Assembly: GCA_951406725.2 (NCBI GenBank)
Contig: OX597816.1
Location: 130,634,001 to 130,698,000, forward strand
DNA from: Octopus vulgaris
Taxonomy: Eukaryota
Length of the DNA: 64,000 nt
Direction of reading: 5' to 3'
The notes beneath the pieces are model-generated. The model was not told the origin of the DNA. It saw only the letters and a program-made list of their open reading frames with translations, and did no database searches. A program made the position numbers and the translations under genes. Every line of letters begins with the position of its first letter. Positions within the stretch are counted from its first letter, which is position 1. Positions 1 to 14,139 of the stretch are shown here, piece after piece.

Positions 1-228
1 ATATGCGCAGACACAAACACACATATACATGTGCAACTGCTTATATTCCGCCCCCTCAACACCTGAGCATGTCGAGTGTGCGCCTGTGTATATCCCTTAG
101 GTATTCATACGCATATAGTCTCGCTTAAACGAGCGTTCGTCTTGAGAGCGTCTGTATTGTACAACGGATTCACTCTTAAGTGGAATTGAGAGAGCCTACG
201 TGGGTACTAGTTTGTTATTTTTTTTATT

Positions 229-632
229 GCCCTCATGGGGCTAAACATAGAGGAGACAAACAAGGACAGACAAAGGGATTAAGTTGATTATATCGACCCC
301 AGTGCGTAACTGGTACTTAATTTATCGACCCCGAAAGGATGAAAGGCAAAGTCGACCTCGGTGGAATTTGAACTCAGAACGTAGCGGCAGATGAAATACC
401 TATTTCTTTACTACCCACAAGGGGTTAAACACAGAGGGAACAAACAAGGACAGACACACAGATTAAGTCGATTACATCAACCCCAGTGCGTAACTGGTAC
501 TTAATTTATCGACCCCAAAAGGATGAAACGCAATGTCGACCTCGGCGGAAGTTGAACTCAGAACGTAGCGGCAGACGAAATACGGCTACGCATTTCGCCC
601 GGCGTGCTAACGTTTCAGCTAGCTTGCCGCCT
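229..632 (-). mobile_element. tRNA-derived SINE family A, with tandem duplication of its 3' part
   Basis: Reverse complement of GGCGGCGAGCTGGCAGAA..GTTAGCAC...GAGTTCAAATTCCGCCGAGGTCGACTTTGCCTTTCATCCTTTCGGGGTCGATAAA (B-box-like GAGTTCAAATTC). Further copies at about 3076-3303, 20300-20850, 26770-26983, 37725-37930, 46820-47095, 49375-49705 and 56995-57160. Confidence 0.85.
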
Positions 633-1224
633 TATGTGGGTACTAGTTTGTATAAGTATATGCAATCGCGTATGACACCATATGCTTGAATGTTTAAAAG
701 CAAGTCAATGCATGTAGTCTTAGAGCAGTAGAGCAAGATGTATCCCTCTAGGTTAGTGAAAAAGACAAATATTCCTAAATCTCAACGGCTGTGGGTTTAG
801 TTTAAAATAATTCCTGTTTTGAATCTATGAAAGCTGGCTTACAAGGCGAATAAAATAGAATATTGACTTTCGTCAGTTTTGAAAATACAGGAAGAGTGAA
901 GAGTTTTGCTCAATAAGCTCTGTTAGAGTGGTGTAGAGCAAACATACCGCTATGTCGGTAACTAATAAACAGAGAAGCCACTGAAGACAGAGTAATTATA
1001 ACACGCGCGCGCTCACGTGCACGTACGCACGCACACGCACGCTCGCGCGCGCACACACACACATGCTTACACAAGCACAATCGCACACACTCTTACAGAC
1101 CTGATATTAAGTTATTAGTCAGTTGTGGTGGTGATTTCATTAATAAATCACTTGCTTTAAACGTTACGGACAAGTGATATATATAATTTTAGCCATTTCT
1201 CCGTAGACTGAAAAAATGACGAAC

Positions 1225-1270
1225 AACATTAATCGATTTTCGAACCTTATTGGGTTCTCATCAGAGGTGT
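1225..1270 (-). ncRNA. Minimal type I hammerhead ribozyme motif (degenerate stem I)
   Basis: Minus strand: CTGATGA-gaacc-caataa-ggttc-GAAA-atcgat-TA. Perfect core, 5-bp stem II, palindromic stem III (AATCGATT). Lies between TA tracts. Confidence 0.65.
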
Positions 1271-1335
1271 CTGACAGTCTCCAGAGAAACAAGCAGCCAA
1301 ACTGTTTATATACTAAAAAAATGCAGCAATATATA

Positions 1336-1409
<74 letters not shown>

Positions 1410-1494
1410 CGAACGTTGTGATGTCTTAGAAAGTTAAAGAAGTGATTTTAAATTCTCAAACGCAGGATAACGCTAATAATATAGCCTGAACAGG

Positions 1495-1691
1495 ATAAGC
1501 TAGCCCTATTGTGCAGGAAAAAAGTGTTAGCGGCCGGTTATGAGACTCGAACTCACACCTCCGTGATTACGCGTCGCGGTGCGGTTTAGCTTAATTGGTT
1601 CAGAGCACCGCAACGCGTAATCACGGAGGTGTGAGTTCGAGTCTCATACCCGACCGCCAACACATTTTTTTGTAAAATAGGGGTAGCTTAT
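1495..1691. mobile_element. Fold-back element built from a tRNA-like (Thr-CGT-like) sequence
   Basis: 1581-1659 has a D-arm (TAGCTTAATTGGTTCAGAGCA), an anticodon arm around CGCGTAA, a T-arm GTGAG-TTCGAGT-CTCAT and a following oligo-T. 1495-1582 is an inverted copy of its 3' part. Confidence 0.75.
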
Positions 1692-2671
1692 ATATTTATA
1701 TATATAAAACTCCCTTGCATACTCTACAGAGAAGAGGAAGTGCCAGCAGTATTACCCCCAAATCGGTGTCGAATTAAAAAAACCCATTATATCAATAAAC
1801 AGGATATTGGGGTTTAGTTATATATTACACACACACATAAAAAATATCGTCACCCAAACCTTATAATTGATAGGTAGCAGTGGATTTACAACGATAATAT
1901 CAATAAATCGCTTACTCTCGCAGTTTCTCAAAATCACTTGAGTAGGAAAAGATTCTAAAAGCAGGGTGTACTCTGCCTCTGTGTCAGGAGACAAATATTT
2001 TATGACATGCAAATAATTCTATAGCTGAAAGTCGTGTGTTAAATACAAATATACGAATAACTAGTAATTGTAGGTAAGGAGCAAAGTGAGCAGTTAAAAA
2101 GAGACGGGCTAACCAAGGTTGTAATTATGGGAGCCTCCGGTGGTTTAGGGCTGGTGGGTAAGGCTGGTGTGTAATAAAGTCTATAAGAGCACAAATACGA
2201 TAAAATCACAGTGAGGTGTTAGCTAACTTCCCAAACCCATCAAGAGCCTGGATGGTTAAAGTAGTTATGGTGTGTGAATTCAGTTAATACCTGGGGACGT
2301 GTACTAAACTGACGGCCCAGAGAAGGGTATAGCCGTTTATTAAGAAAATTTTTCTAGTCTGTCTATTCGAGTATATGATGGGTTTCAAATTTAGTTGCGT
2401 ACAATACATAGGCTCTCTATATGAGGAAACCTTATCAGAATTACTACTGAAATGTTTGTCCATGGCGAAAAAGAAAAGGGCATCAAGTGTTTCTGTGGTG
2501 CAGAGACTAGGTTATAAGGTCATTTCTTTCTCTGGTACACTTATAATACTTGACATTAGCTAGGATGCTCTATTTAATGTAGTACGGATTTTGAGTTACC
2601 ATATATATTGAGACAGCGAAGTCATGTTACTTCTGGCTGGTTTCTGAACAAATGATTGTGTAAATAAAACT

Positions 2672-2728
<57 letters not shown>

Positions 2729-2984
2729 TGGTGGAATGGTTGATGTATGTTTTTTTGAGAGAAGTATTCAGAAACATTTATACACAATATCCTTAGGTAG
2801 ACATTTTTACGCAAAAAGCAGTTGCCTGGATTCTGATAATTGCAGTGGCGGTTGTTTTAAGGTATATATATATATATATACATACACTCATATGTATACG
2901 CACATATACATATGTATACATATATATGCATATATATATACACATACATATATATATTTATATGTATGTATATGTGTGTGAATC

Positions 2985-3067
<83 letters not shown>

Positions 3068-3339
3068 GTGTATATGCCGGCGAGCTAGCAGAAACGTTAG
3101 CACGCCGGGCGAAATACGTAGCCGTATTTCGTCTGTCGTTACACGCCGAGTTCAAATTCCGCCGAGGTCGACTTTCCCTTTCATCCTTACAGGGTCGATA
3201 AATTAAGTACCAATTACGCACTGGGGTCGATGTAATCGACTTAATCCCTCTTTGTCTGTCCTTGTTTCCCCCCTCTGTGTTTAGTCCCTTGTGGGTAGTA
3301 AAGATACATACATACATACATACATGCATGCATGCATGT

Positions 3340-3435
<96 letters not shown>

Positions 3436-3441
3436 GTACAG

Positions 3442-3477
<36 letters not shown>

Positions 3478-3800
3478 ATACACACGATGGACTTCACACA
3501 GTTTCTGACTATCAAATTCACTCACAGAGCATGGGTTGGTCTGGGGATATAGAAGAACATACTTTTTCAAAATGCCGTGCAGTGGGATTGAACCTGAAAG
3601 AAGGTGGTTGCAAAGCGAACTGCTTAACTACACAGCCATATTGCGCCTAAGTGTCGAAGCAGCTGGTGAGAGGAAATAACCAGCAAATGTTGTTTGGAAA
3701 GAATGTAGTATGACGTCATGATGACTTCATGAAGTTTTAATGGACATTTGAAAATATGATCATGATATCTTTCCTACGTTTACATTTGTACTTAATGTCG

Positions 3801-3868
<68 letters not shown>

Positions 3869-3869
3869 T

Positions 3870-3900
<31 letters not shown>

Positions 3901-3911
3901 TATATATAACT

Positions 3912-3946
<35 letters not shown>

Positions 3947-6511
3947 CATACATATATAACTATACACATACATACATAATACATGCTTACAGACATACAT
4001 TAATACACAGACATTCGTGCACACACACACACACATTCACACACAAATACATACACACAGGTAGACTAAGACAAGAAGAAGAAAGGCCGAAAAAACATTA
4101 GAAAGATCAGGTTAGATCAGAGTGAGAGAATAACATTGTGAAAATTAGGGTAGGTGGGTAGACAGGAACAAAGAAAATCAGAAGTTAGCAAACCTTAAAC
4201 TTACACACACATACGCACTTATATATACATACACGCAGTCATATTTATTATGAAAGAGAGAGCAAGAACAAAAGAAAAAGGTAGAATGTAGAGACCTAAA
4301 TATCGTCACTTGCACCGCATAGGTGATTTGATATACCTGTCAGAGAGATTCGAGAATCTATCCATGCTTACGACATTGATCTGAACTACTGACACCAATC
4401 AACTGAAGAGATTAACTTACAACACACCTATCAGGTGACACCGTCTCACATGTAACACACTAAATCTGGCATAAACGGATACGGATAGAGCGAGAACGAG
4501 AGAGAGAGAAAAAAGATAGAGAGCAAGAGAGAGAGAGAGGGAGAGGGAGAGAGAGAGAAAGAGAGTGGGAGACATGCCATAGCTTACCAGTGAGAGTGGA
4601 AGAGTGACTCTACCGCAGTACACTACCCGTACTAATTTCACACAGTAAATGTTGAACTCAGAAACTGTATATGAGCTAACGTCTGCGTGGCGTTATCTCT
4701 CGTAAATCACGGAATTATAACATTTCTGAACATCACTGCAATCACCTAGTGCACACTTGGTAAATTCAAGAGCTTCCTAATCAAACAACAGAGCAAATGA
4801 AGAAGCCATACTGTTGTTGGTAATCTCTAGATCAACACTAATTGAACAACCCTATTATCAAAAGGATTACCAACAGGATTCTGACTATAACCATCTTGTC
4901 TTTAGGTGTGTCTAGGGCTAGGCTACATAATCCATTGTGTTTTTTCGTAATTCAAAACTACTGGGGATGTTTGATTTGAGGAAGTCAAGCAAATTGAATA
5001 ACCACGTAAGAAACCACCACGTTTTATATTAATCGCGGATAAACTATGTAAAAATTATAGTTTAAGGGACACAGATACGTCTTTTCTGAGGAACTGTCTA
5101 AAAGTAAAATAGGCTGTTTGGAGACAGACCTCCTCCCAATTTTTACCGTACATCAATCGTATAGAAAGCATATGCTTATATTCTTATTTAACACACAGTA
5201 AGGCTTTAGAATATTTAAGTTTATTTCAGCTCTTCTGATTTATGCTGTGTTGTGCATAAATAAGTATTGTTTAATTAATGACGATCCATCAAATGCACAG
5301 AAACGTTAACACTTAGACGTCATACATGCACCTGCCAAAACAATATACAATCCATTACAAGCACTTGAAGCATCCACGTATTTGTCAACACACACACACA
5401 TACACACACACACACTTACACGCATACACACGCACAGATCCACACCTACACATACACACATATAAACGCACACATACACGCGCGCACACGCACTCACTCA
5501 CACACACACACACATACACCCGTATTCAAACTACACTCTCCAAACTTTTGCTCAACAAAATACTAAAATTTAGAAACAAGCAAATCCTAACACTTAGAAT
5601 GTAATCAAATATGAACAGAAAGCATCTGCTACGCAATTTAAAATTGTGTGCAAGCCATATATGACTCAGGCTATACATAACCCTAATGAACCATAATTTT
5701 TCTCCCATCCCAAATGTAGACTAATAAAAGAACTCAAAACAATCTGGGAATAACACATTCTAGACTCCATAAACTTAATGTTTAGGTGTGCCAAAGAATT
5801 ACGCAATGGAAAAGTAGCAGTGCAGCAATTAAGTGGCTGAACAATATAGAAAACAAAATATATGTTAAATTCATCAAGCACAAAATAACGTAATTTTACC
5901 CTTGCAAATAGAAAAACTTTACCCCAACAGCCATAATGCAATATCAGAGATACTGCATCCTGCCCAATCAATGACAAGTGCTTCACAAAGGTGCGTATGT
6001 ATAGTACACAAAGATAACAACGATAGTTTTCATTGAGAGGAATAATATATAACCTTACGCAAAATACATTTAAAACTAGATATACACGACACATTCAACC
6101 CTTCAGCATTAGAGAAAATTTCAGCTCTACGTTTCTCTTCTTAAAAGTCGAGAATTTTAAGGATAGCAGAGTTATTAACGCAATTTGTAGCATTGTATAA
6201 AGTGTAAGCCCATATAAAAATTTAGCAAAAATATGCAACAAATGCTGTATTGATAAATATCACATTTTAATTCAATGTTATAACATGTAAACAAGATAAT
6301 TGAAATATTGTCTGTATGTAGAAATTTGAAGAGATTGTATTGTATGTGTGGGAGAGCTTGAGTACTGAAGAAGTTTCCTATGATATTATGTCGCAATTTG
6401 CAGAGTATTTATCTGCAAATTTTCTAATTTTATCTCAAAATTTTAGCTGAAGAGAGTCAACGTTATTTGTAATTTTATACATGACTCTGTTTAGCCTAAC
6501 GTACACCGTAT

Positions 6512-6797
6512 GGAGGCACATTGCCTAGTGGTTAGAGCAGCGGACTCGCGGTCGAGGGATCGTGGGTTCGAATCTCAGACCGGGCAATGTGTGTGTTTAT
6601 GAGCGAAACACCTAAGCCCCACGCGGCTCCGGCAGAAGGTAATGGCGAACTTCTGCTGACTCTTTCGCCACAACTTTCTCTCACTCTTTCCTCTTGCAGC
6701 TCACCAGCGTCCCGTCCAGGCGGGGAACCTATACGCCAAGGAAACCTGGAAACCGGCCCTTATGAGCTAGGCATGGCTCGAGAAGGAACAAACAACT
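6512..6797 (+). mobile_element. tRNA(Arg)-like SINE family C with V-domain-like body
   Basis: A-box ..GCCTAGTGGTTAGAGC, B-box GGTTCGAATC, body GCGTCCCGTCCAGG...GGAAACCGGCCC; TSD tacaccgt at 6502-6509 and 6798-6805. Related copies at about 18665-18910, 19800-20050, 22230-22495, 28480-28705 and 43189-43493. Confidence 0.85.
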
Positions 6798-8327
6798 TAC
6801 ACCGTTGATTAACGATTTCCTCTGGCAATCCTCATCCAAGGTTATTATTTTGTTAAGTTTATAGCTGATTATTTTCATGTTATGTCCAATTCATTGAACG
6901 ATAGCTACAAACATGAAATAATACTAGAATATATTTGTCTGTAAGTTGTCTATCTGTTTGAAAAATATTCACTCACCGTTAGCACGGGTTATGTGCATGT
7001 GTGTTTCTTACCAATTTTAGTTACATAAGTCCTACTGTTCTGATAATTTAGGGATGAAACTAACAGTTTTTTTGCACTTAAAAAATAAAACAATTAAGAA
7101 TAATCACCAATTGCTTTAAGAAACATTAATTCAGAGAAAGAAAAAGTTCCTTATAATCGTTTCAGTCTCTTGACCGTGATGCGTTTAATGCTCGGCTTGA
7201 ATTTATTCAGGTTTTAATGTCTGTAGAACAAGCATGAAAATGATGAAAATCCTTGAGGTTTGGAGGTTTGGGGAGGAATGATGCAGTAAAGTATTTAATG
7301 CAGACGTTAACGCAGCTTACAAGTTCACAAGTACAGAAACTAATACTTTGATAGTAGAGGCGAGAGAGAGAGAGAACAGTGCATTTGTGAGTGATTTGCT
7401 GTAGTAGAGATACTGCATTAGCTGCTGTCTTTCTAGTTCTCCCACTTTAGATCTGATCAGCCCTGATTGACCAGCCAACAAAGACGTACGTAATTTTAAT
7501 ATCCCTGACAGACTTTTTCCAAAAAAAAAAAAAAAAGAAATGGCAAAGATGTCTTATCCAGTATGTCCTTCCTTTAGGGTGTGATCTAGGGGGAATTTAA
7601 CTGTTTTATCTAGCAGATCAAGGAGCTATATTAAGATTCATTCACTGGTTCTATTTTCAGTTGGACCGATATATATGGCTTTCATATTTACATCAAAGAA
7701 AAGTGTATTTTGCACATAGGATTGATTTTTTAACTAAACGTTTTCTGCTGTGATTGTTTTCTTTTTTTTTACAGTTATTGTTGTTGACGTCAGCATCAAG
7801 ATTTTGCCTAGAAGATTTTCTTATAGCGATACTCGTTGTTTTAAAGTCTGATTTCAGTACATGCTTACATGCACACACACACACACGCATTCTTTTATTC
7901 TTTTACTCGTTTCAGTAGTTTGACTGCAGCCATGCTGGAGTACCACCTTAAAGGATTTTAGTCGAACAAATCGAACCCAGGACTAAGCTCAATAATTATT
8001 CTATCGATCTTTTTTGCCAACAATGCATTCATTATTTCAGCCATTGCACTGCTGCCATGCTGGAGTACCGCCTCGAAGTGCTTAATGAAACAAATTGGTA
8101 GTAGTATTTCTAACTCTCGTACTTATTCTATCGGTCATTTTGCTGAACCACTAGGCTACAAGAACGTCAACAAACTAATACTGGCTGTTGTCTCATTCAC
8201 TCATAAGGTTTTACTCGGACTAGGGATATAGTAGAAGACACTTGCCCAAGGTTCCACGCAATCGGATTAAACTTGGGACCATGTGGTTGGGAAGTAACCT
8301 TCTTACCATTTAGCCACGCCAGCGCCC

Positions 8328-8425
<98 letters not shown>

Positions 8426-8854
8426 TTATCTGTACACACACACATACGCATACACATACACACGCACACAAGTTTAGTGTTGATAGTCGGAAGAAAGAGT
8501 ACTCGATACCGTAGTTGAGATTAATAATGTCTTAATAAAGTAGCAATAAACTATCTTGACCAGTATAGATAAATATATATATGTGTGTGTGTGTGTGTTT
8601 ATGTGTGTGTATGTTTTATGTGTGTTTGTGTGTATGTGAGTCTATCTGTCATGGTGCATGTGTTTTTCTCCCGCTACAACTTGACAACGGGTGCAGGTTT
8701 ATCTACGTCTCCATAACATAATGGTTCGGCAAAAGAGATCGATAGAATGAATACCAGACTTAAAAATAAGTTCTAAAGTCGAGTTGTTCAACTAAACCTT
8801 TTAAGGTAGTGTCCCAGCATGGCCGTAGTCAAATGACTGAAACATGCAAAAGAT

Positions 8855-8912
<58 letters not shown>

Positions 8913-9130
8913 CGTGTGTGTGTAGACGTGTGTGTGCATATATATATGTAGATACACACATCTATACACACACACACATATATATATATATGTTCTTTTA
9001 TTCTTTTACTTGTTTCACTCTTTTACTGCGGCCATACTGGAGTGCCGCTTAAAGGGTATTTTAGTCGAAGAAATCGACCCCAGGACTTATCCTTTGTAGG
9101 TCTAGTACTTATTCTCTTTCTCTCTCACTC

Positions 9131-9287
<157 letters not shown>

Positions 9288-9364
9288 ATATATATATAAC
9301 ACATATATGTGCATCTATGTGTGTGTGTATGCGTGCTCGTACGGTTACACCAAGCAAAGGCAAA

Positions 9365-10130
9365 CACCAAGCACCAAGTGCGTCAACAAACACACATGTT
9401 GCCAGAAACAGCCCCATTTTCAATTTCCTTGCTAACTTTGAACTCCATACCTTTCTCAATTTATGGCATGCGCTCCAGGCAAGAGCTTTCCTTGCTACGA
9501 TGTCTTTTTCAGTCATTTGTGTCCATGCACCAAGGTATTTGAAATTTTTAACTACCTTGAATGACTTACCATCTCTCACTTTCACCGAGACAAACATTTC
9601 GTAGTTAAATACTTGCAGCTTTGTTTTATTTGCGTTACAGTACAATCCTACCTTCCCCGATTCCTGCTCTAATCTGCTCAGCACCTCCTGTGCCTAATCT
9701 GTCCTCTCTGTTAGTAAGGCATTGTCTAGGTCAGTTAGTTACTGTTACTGCTTGATGCCGTCTACTTCTTTGCTTATACAGTTTGAATCCCAATTCTTCC
9801 TTGCCCTCGTACGTTCTATACATTACATAGTCCAGAACGATGGTGAAGAGATGGGGTGCTAGTATGTCACCTTGTAATACTCTGGCTTTGACTTCAGAGT
9901 ATTCCGTCTCTCCATCAGGAGTGATCACTTTCACACTGGTGTTCTCATACAGCTTACTTATTGCTCTCAGAATTCTTGGTGGAATATCATATGCTTTAAG
10001 TATATTCATCATCATTCCTCTAAGTGCTGAATCAAAAGCCTTTTTAAAGTCTACATAGATAATAACAGCCTTCCTGTTATGGCTCTTAACTTCCTCTATC
10101 AGTCTTCTAAGTGCGATAATGTGAGATGTC
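9365..10130 (-). mobile_element. Degraded RTE-clade LINE reverse transcriptase fragment
   Basis: Minus frames give HIIALRRLIEEVKSHNRKAVIIYVDFKKAFDS, LQGDILAPHLFTIVLDYVM, GLYCNANKTK and FKYLGAW...KALAWSACHKLRKVWSS, with stops and deletions (catalytic ADD region lost). Confidence 0.9.
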
Positions 10131-10149
10131 TTCCATTGTTGCAGTTCGT

Positions 10150-10480
10150 GTGCTCACGAGAGCGAGGCGAGCCAGAAATTTGGCACCCAATCATTACAAG
10201 GAGATTTATACTTATGAGCCTTCATGAGTGTCATCCTTAGGTCTGCTATTGTGATGTCTTCCCATACTTGTTCTGGTAAGCTTTGGTGGGATCCTTCTGT
10301 GTGCCTAATCCAGTCTGCATTTTCATTGTGAGTCTTTTCATTACTCCAGATTTTTTCCTAGAAGTTTTCAACTTCTTCCATGGAGGGGGTCTTCAACGAT
10401 TAATTTCTTCTTCCCTACTTTCGCATTGGATGTGAACAGCTAATTTTGTTTGTAAATTTTTTCTCTTCTCAAATCTTTGT
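10150..10480 (-). mobile_element. RLE-type (R4/Dong-like) LINE ORF fragment upstream of RT
   Basis: Translates SMEEVENF*EKIWSNEKTHNENADWIR...ITIADLRMTLMKAHKYKSPCNDWVPNFWL, resembling the pre-RT 'FW..IW...KSPG.D.I.N.WLK' region. Confidence 0.65.
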
Positions 10481-10521
10481 ATTTTATTTATATAATAATA
10501 ATAATAATAATTATTATTATT

Positions 10522-10857
10522 GAGTGAGAGAGCAGTTCATGCCATCAAAGTGACACTGGGGTAAAATATACGAAGCCCAATATACCCATCATGACTACCC
10601 GTCTGATAAGGGTACACCAGGCACATGCATCACAACCATATGTGCGCGACATGGTGATCCCATATCAAGATAAACAGCGCATGAACTTGCAGGTGGGGCC
10701 CAGTTAGAATTTTCTTCAGGTTGAGTAGCCCATCCCGCTCAAAAGGTCCCTGAATAAGGGTTGTTTAAGGATGTTGAAAGAACCACCCATGTTTCCAGAG
10801 GTGAATTATTCAAACCCCAAAGAATCCCTCTCAACACATGGCTATGATGCTCCCCCA
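10522..10857 (-). mobile_element. 5'-truncated copy of an (AAT)n-inserted retroposon
   Basis: Near-identical reverse complement of 38256-38591; flanked by (ATT)n on both sides. Confidence 0.85.
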
Positions 10858-11478
10858 ATTATTATTATTATTATTATCATTATTATTATTATTATTATTA
10901 TTATAAACTTCTTTTCATTCTCTTCATACAAATTCAGAGTTTATATTTAAGTTAATGCTTTAAAAAACTTCAGAAAGAAAGAGATAAAACAAGTTAGAGA
11001 TAGAGCTGAAATGTTTTGTTGTAGTATTTGTCATGGTTTTGACCAAATTAATTTATTTGAAAATTAGACAGAAATATCTTTTAAGTTTCCGACGAACCTT
11101 TCAAAACACAAAAACATAGTAACCATGTTTGTCCACCAGAATGCGTAATTCTGAATGAGCGACAGCATATGTATATGACATCTATTTGTCAGGAAATACG
11201 TATGTATGTATGTATGTATGTATGTATGTATGTATGTATGTATGTATGTATGTATGTATGTATGTATGTATGTATGTATGTATGTATGTATGTATGCATG
11301 TATGTGTGTGTGTCTGTGTGTGTGTGTGTGTGTATGATTGCATGTATAAGAAGCTCTAGAGGATTTACATTCGAGTATTTGCGTATCTATGTGCGGGGAA
11401 TATCTGTCAACACTCACACACATACATACACTTATTCTCCCTCTCTCTCTCTCTTTCACACACACATTCACACACTCA

Positions 11479-11518
<40 letters not shown>

Positions 11519-11543
11519 AACAGACACACATAATATGCCTGTG

Positions 11544-11698
11544 TACGTGGCTGTGTGGTAAGAAGCTTACTTCCGAACCACGTGGTTCCGGGTTCAGTCC
11601 TAGTGCGTGGAAACTTGGGCAATTGTCTTCTACTATATCCTCGGGCCGACCAAAGCCTTGTGAGTGGATTTGGTTGACGGAAACTGAAAGAAGCCCGT

Positions 11699-11762
<64 letters not shown>

Positions 11763-12003
11763 GGTGTGTGTGGGTGTGTCTGCGTTTGTGTATGTTTGTG
11801 TATGTGTGTTTGTCCCCCACCATCACTTGACAACCGATATTGGTGTGTTTACGCTCCCATATCTTGGTGGTTCGGCAAAAGAAACAATAGAATAAGTACC
11901 AGGCTTACAAAGAATAAGTCCTGGAGTCGATTTGTTCGACTAAAGGCGGTGCTCCAGCAAGGCCGCAGTCAAATGCTTGAAAGAAATAAAAGAATAAAAG
12001 AAT
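11544..12003 (+). mobile_element. tRNA-derived SINE family B (CORE-like TTGGGCAA.TGTCTT, internal microsatellite)
   Basis: GTGGCTGTGTGGTAAGAAGCTT...GGGTTCAGTCC...GGAAACTGAAAGAAGCCCG-(TA/TG)n-...GGCGGTGCTCCAGCA.GGCCGCAGTC-(AAAAGAAT)n tail. Other copies or fragments at about 3480-3650, 7890-8330, 8670-8850, 17955-19030, 27523-28160, 31185-31340, 52065-52450, 52562-52955 and 53195-53430. Confidence 0.85.
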
Positions 12004-12031
12004 ATATAGATACGCGCAGTCAATATACATA

Positions 12032-12105
<74 letters not shown>

Positions 12106-12808
12106 GACATATATATAAATACACACACATACATACATACATATATATAATGTTAATCCAATATATCTATATATCTATATATATATGTATATATATATAT
12201 ATATAGATATATATATAGATATATACATATATATATATATACATGTGTCTATGCAATGTCGATTAATTATTCACATGTAATTGCATATATACATACACAC
12301 ACACGTGTTTACATGTGTGCTTGTGTGTGCGTGTGCTTGTTTGTGCGTGCGAGGGAGAGAGAGTGAGCGAGAGAGAGAGAGATAGTGAGAGAGAGAGATA
12401 AAGAGATAGATAGATATTGAGTGAGAGAGAGAGAGAGAGAGCGGTAGAGAGTGAAAGTGAGAGAGATATAAAGAAGAGAGAGAGAGAGAGTGTGTGTGTG
12501 TATAGCATGATATCGCATGGATAGATCTTTAGTATGTGCGTGTGCTTCTCCACCTCTATGTGTCTTTATGTGTTTATTTATTTCCCTTTGAAAGTCAAAC
12601 TTCACAGAGAAAACTCTGATTGAATTATTCTAGAGCAATTTGTAAAAATTCTCAATAGAGAGACGCAGTTTTATTTGATCTTATTTGACAAAGAAGTGGA
12701 ATTCTAAACTAGTGGTAGACATTAGAGTCGATTTGTACGGTGTTTTTTTTTTCTTTCTTTCATGTATTTTGTAAGGAAAATCTCTCTCACCCTCCGTCTA
12801 TGAGTCTA

Positions 12809-12847
<39 letters not shown>

Positions 12848-12890
12848 GCATGCGTGTGTGTGTGTGTTTGTTTGCATGTGTGTGTGTGTG

Positions 12891-12934
<44 letters not shown>

Positions 12935-13070
12935 GTATATAAACAGCTATAGAGGTTTTACATCCGTGTATTTGCGCATCTATGTGCGAAGAATATCTGT
13001 TCACACACACACACACACACATACACAGACACACACAAGCTTATGGTTGTGTGTGTGTATATGTGTGGGC

Positions 13071-13113
<43 letters not shown>

Positions 13114-13123
13114 TATATGTATG

Positions 13124-13169
<46 letters not shown>

Positions 13170-13223
13170 TGTATGTATGTATGTATGTATGTATGTATGT
13201 ATGCATGTATGTATATGTATATA

Positions 13224-13947
13224 CAGGGGTTGGACAAAATAATGGAAACACCTAGCATCATAGCATCATAATTTTGAAATATCTATAAAACCGTCAAAAG
13301 CTTGTTTATTTTCATGTTTTTGGATTTATTATTAGTGTTGCTTAATATGTTTTGCTAAAATTTCTGTTTCTTTTCAGATAACACCAGAAAAAGATAATTA
13401 AAATTCATTAAAATGGCAGATCTATTGAACTTTCAAAGAGGTCAAATTGTTGGTGCTCGTATGGCAGGCGCTAGCATAAGGAAAACAGCCGAAATGTTTG
13501 GTGTATCAAGAAGTACTGTCTCGAAAGTAATGAAAACCTTTGTGAAAGAGGGTAAAACCCCTCGTCGAAACAAAACACAATCTTTCAGGATGATAATGCA
13601 CCAATTCACTCAGCTAAAGTTGTTACTGATTGGCACGAGGAACATTCTAGGGAAGTTGAACATCCTATCTGGCCAGTACAGTCCCCAGATCTCAATATTA
13701 TTGAACATTTATGGCGCATTTTAGAAAAACAAGTAAGGAGTCGATATCCTCCACCATCATCACTACAAGAACTGGAGACTGTTTTAGCTGAAGAATGGAC
13801 AAAAATTCCTTTCGAAACAATTCAGACTTTGTACGAATCTATACCTCGTAGAATTTAAGCTGTAATTACTGCCAAAGGAGGTCCTGCCCCATATCAAAAT
13901 AAATTTGTTTGAAATTTTAAGGTGTTCCATTATCTTGTACAACCCCT

Positions 13948-13948
<1 letters not shown>
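13224..13948 (+). mobile_element. Internally deleted Tc1-family transposon
   Basis: TIRs CAGGGGTTGGACAAAATAATGGAAACACCT / AGGTGTTCCATTATCTTGTACAACCCCTG with TA on both sides. HTH start MADLLNFQRGQIVGARMAGAS at 13413 is fused out of frame to FQDDNAPIH...WPVQSPDLNIIEHLW...AKGG. Confidence 0.95.
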
Positions 13949-13991
<43 letters not shown>

Positions 13992-14139
13992 TCCTATACA
14001 TGGGTTACCGAGTAGCTATGTCACATTTCAGGTAATGAGTTCCTATCAGCATACTTTATCGTAAATATTCTTATTCATTCAAAATATAATGACCATCGCA
14101 AGCAATAACATTTTCACATCTCGAAACCAGTTTTCTGAT

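Noticed and set aside
1581-1659. Functional tRNA-Thr gene
   Set aside because: Acceptor and anticodon stems are mismatched, U33 is absent, and it is embedded in an inverted duplication.
1800-2660. Possible decayed Penelope-like coding sequence
   Set aside because: Only a faint resemblance (FLNKRLYPSL); too degraded to support.
3710-3719. Perfect CRE palindrome TGACGTCA (also near 7786 and 16586)
   Set aside because: A few 8-mers in 64 kb are near chance and lack promoter context.
2736-4036. Many ORFs of YIYI, HTHT, CVCV or LSIY type here and across the window
   Set aside because: Translations of stop-free microsatellites; no coding signal.
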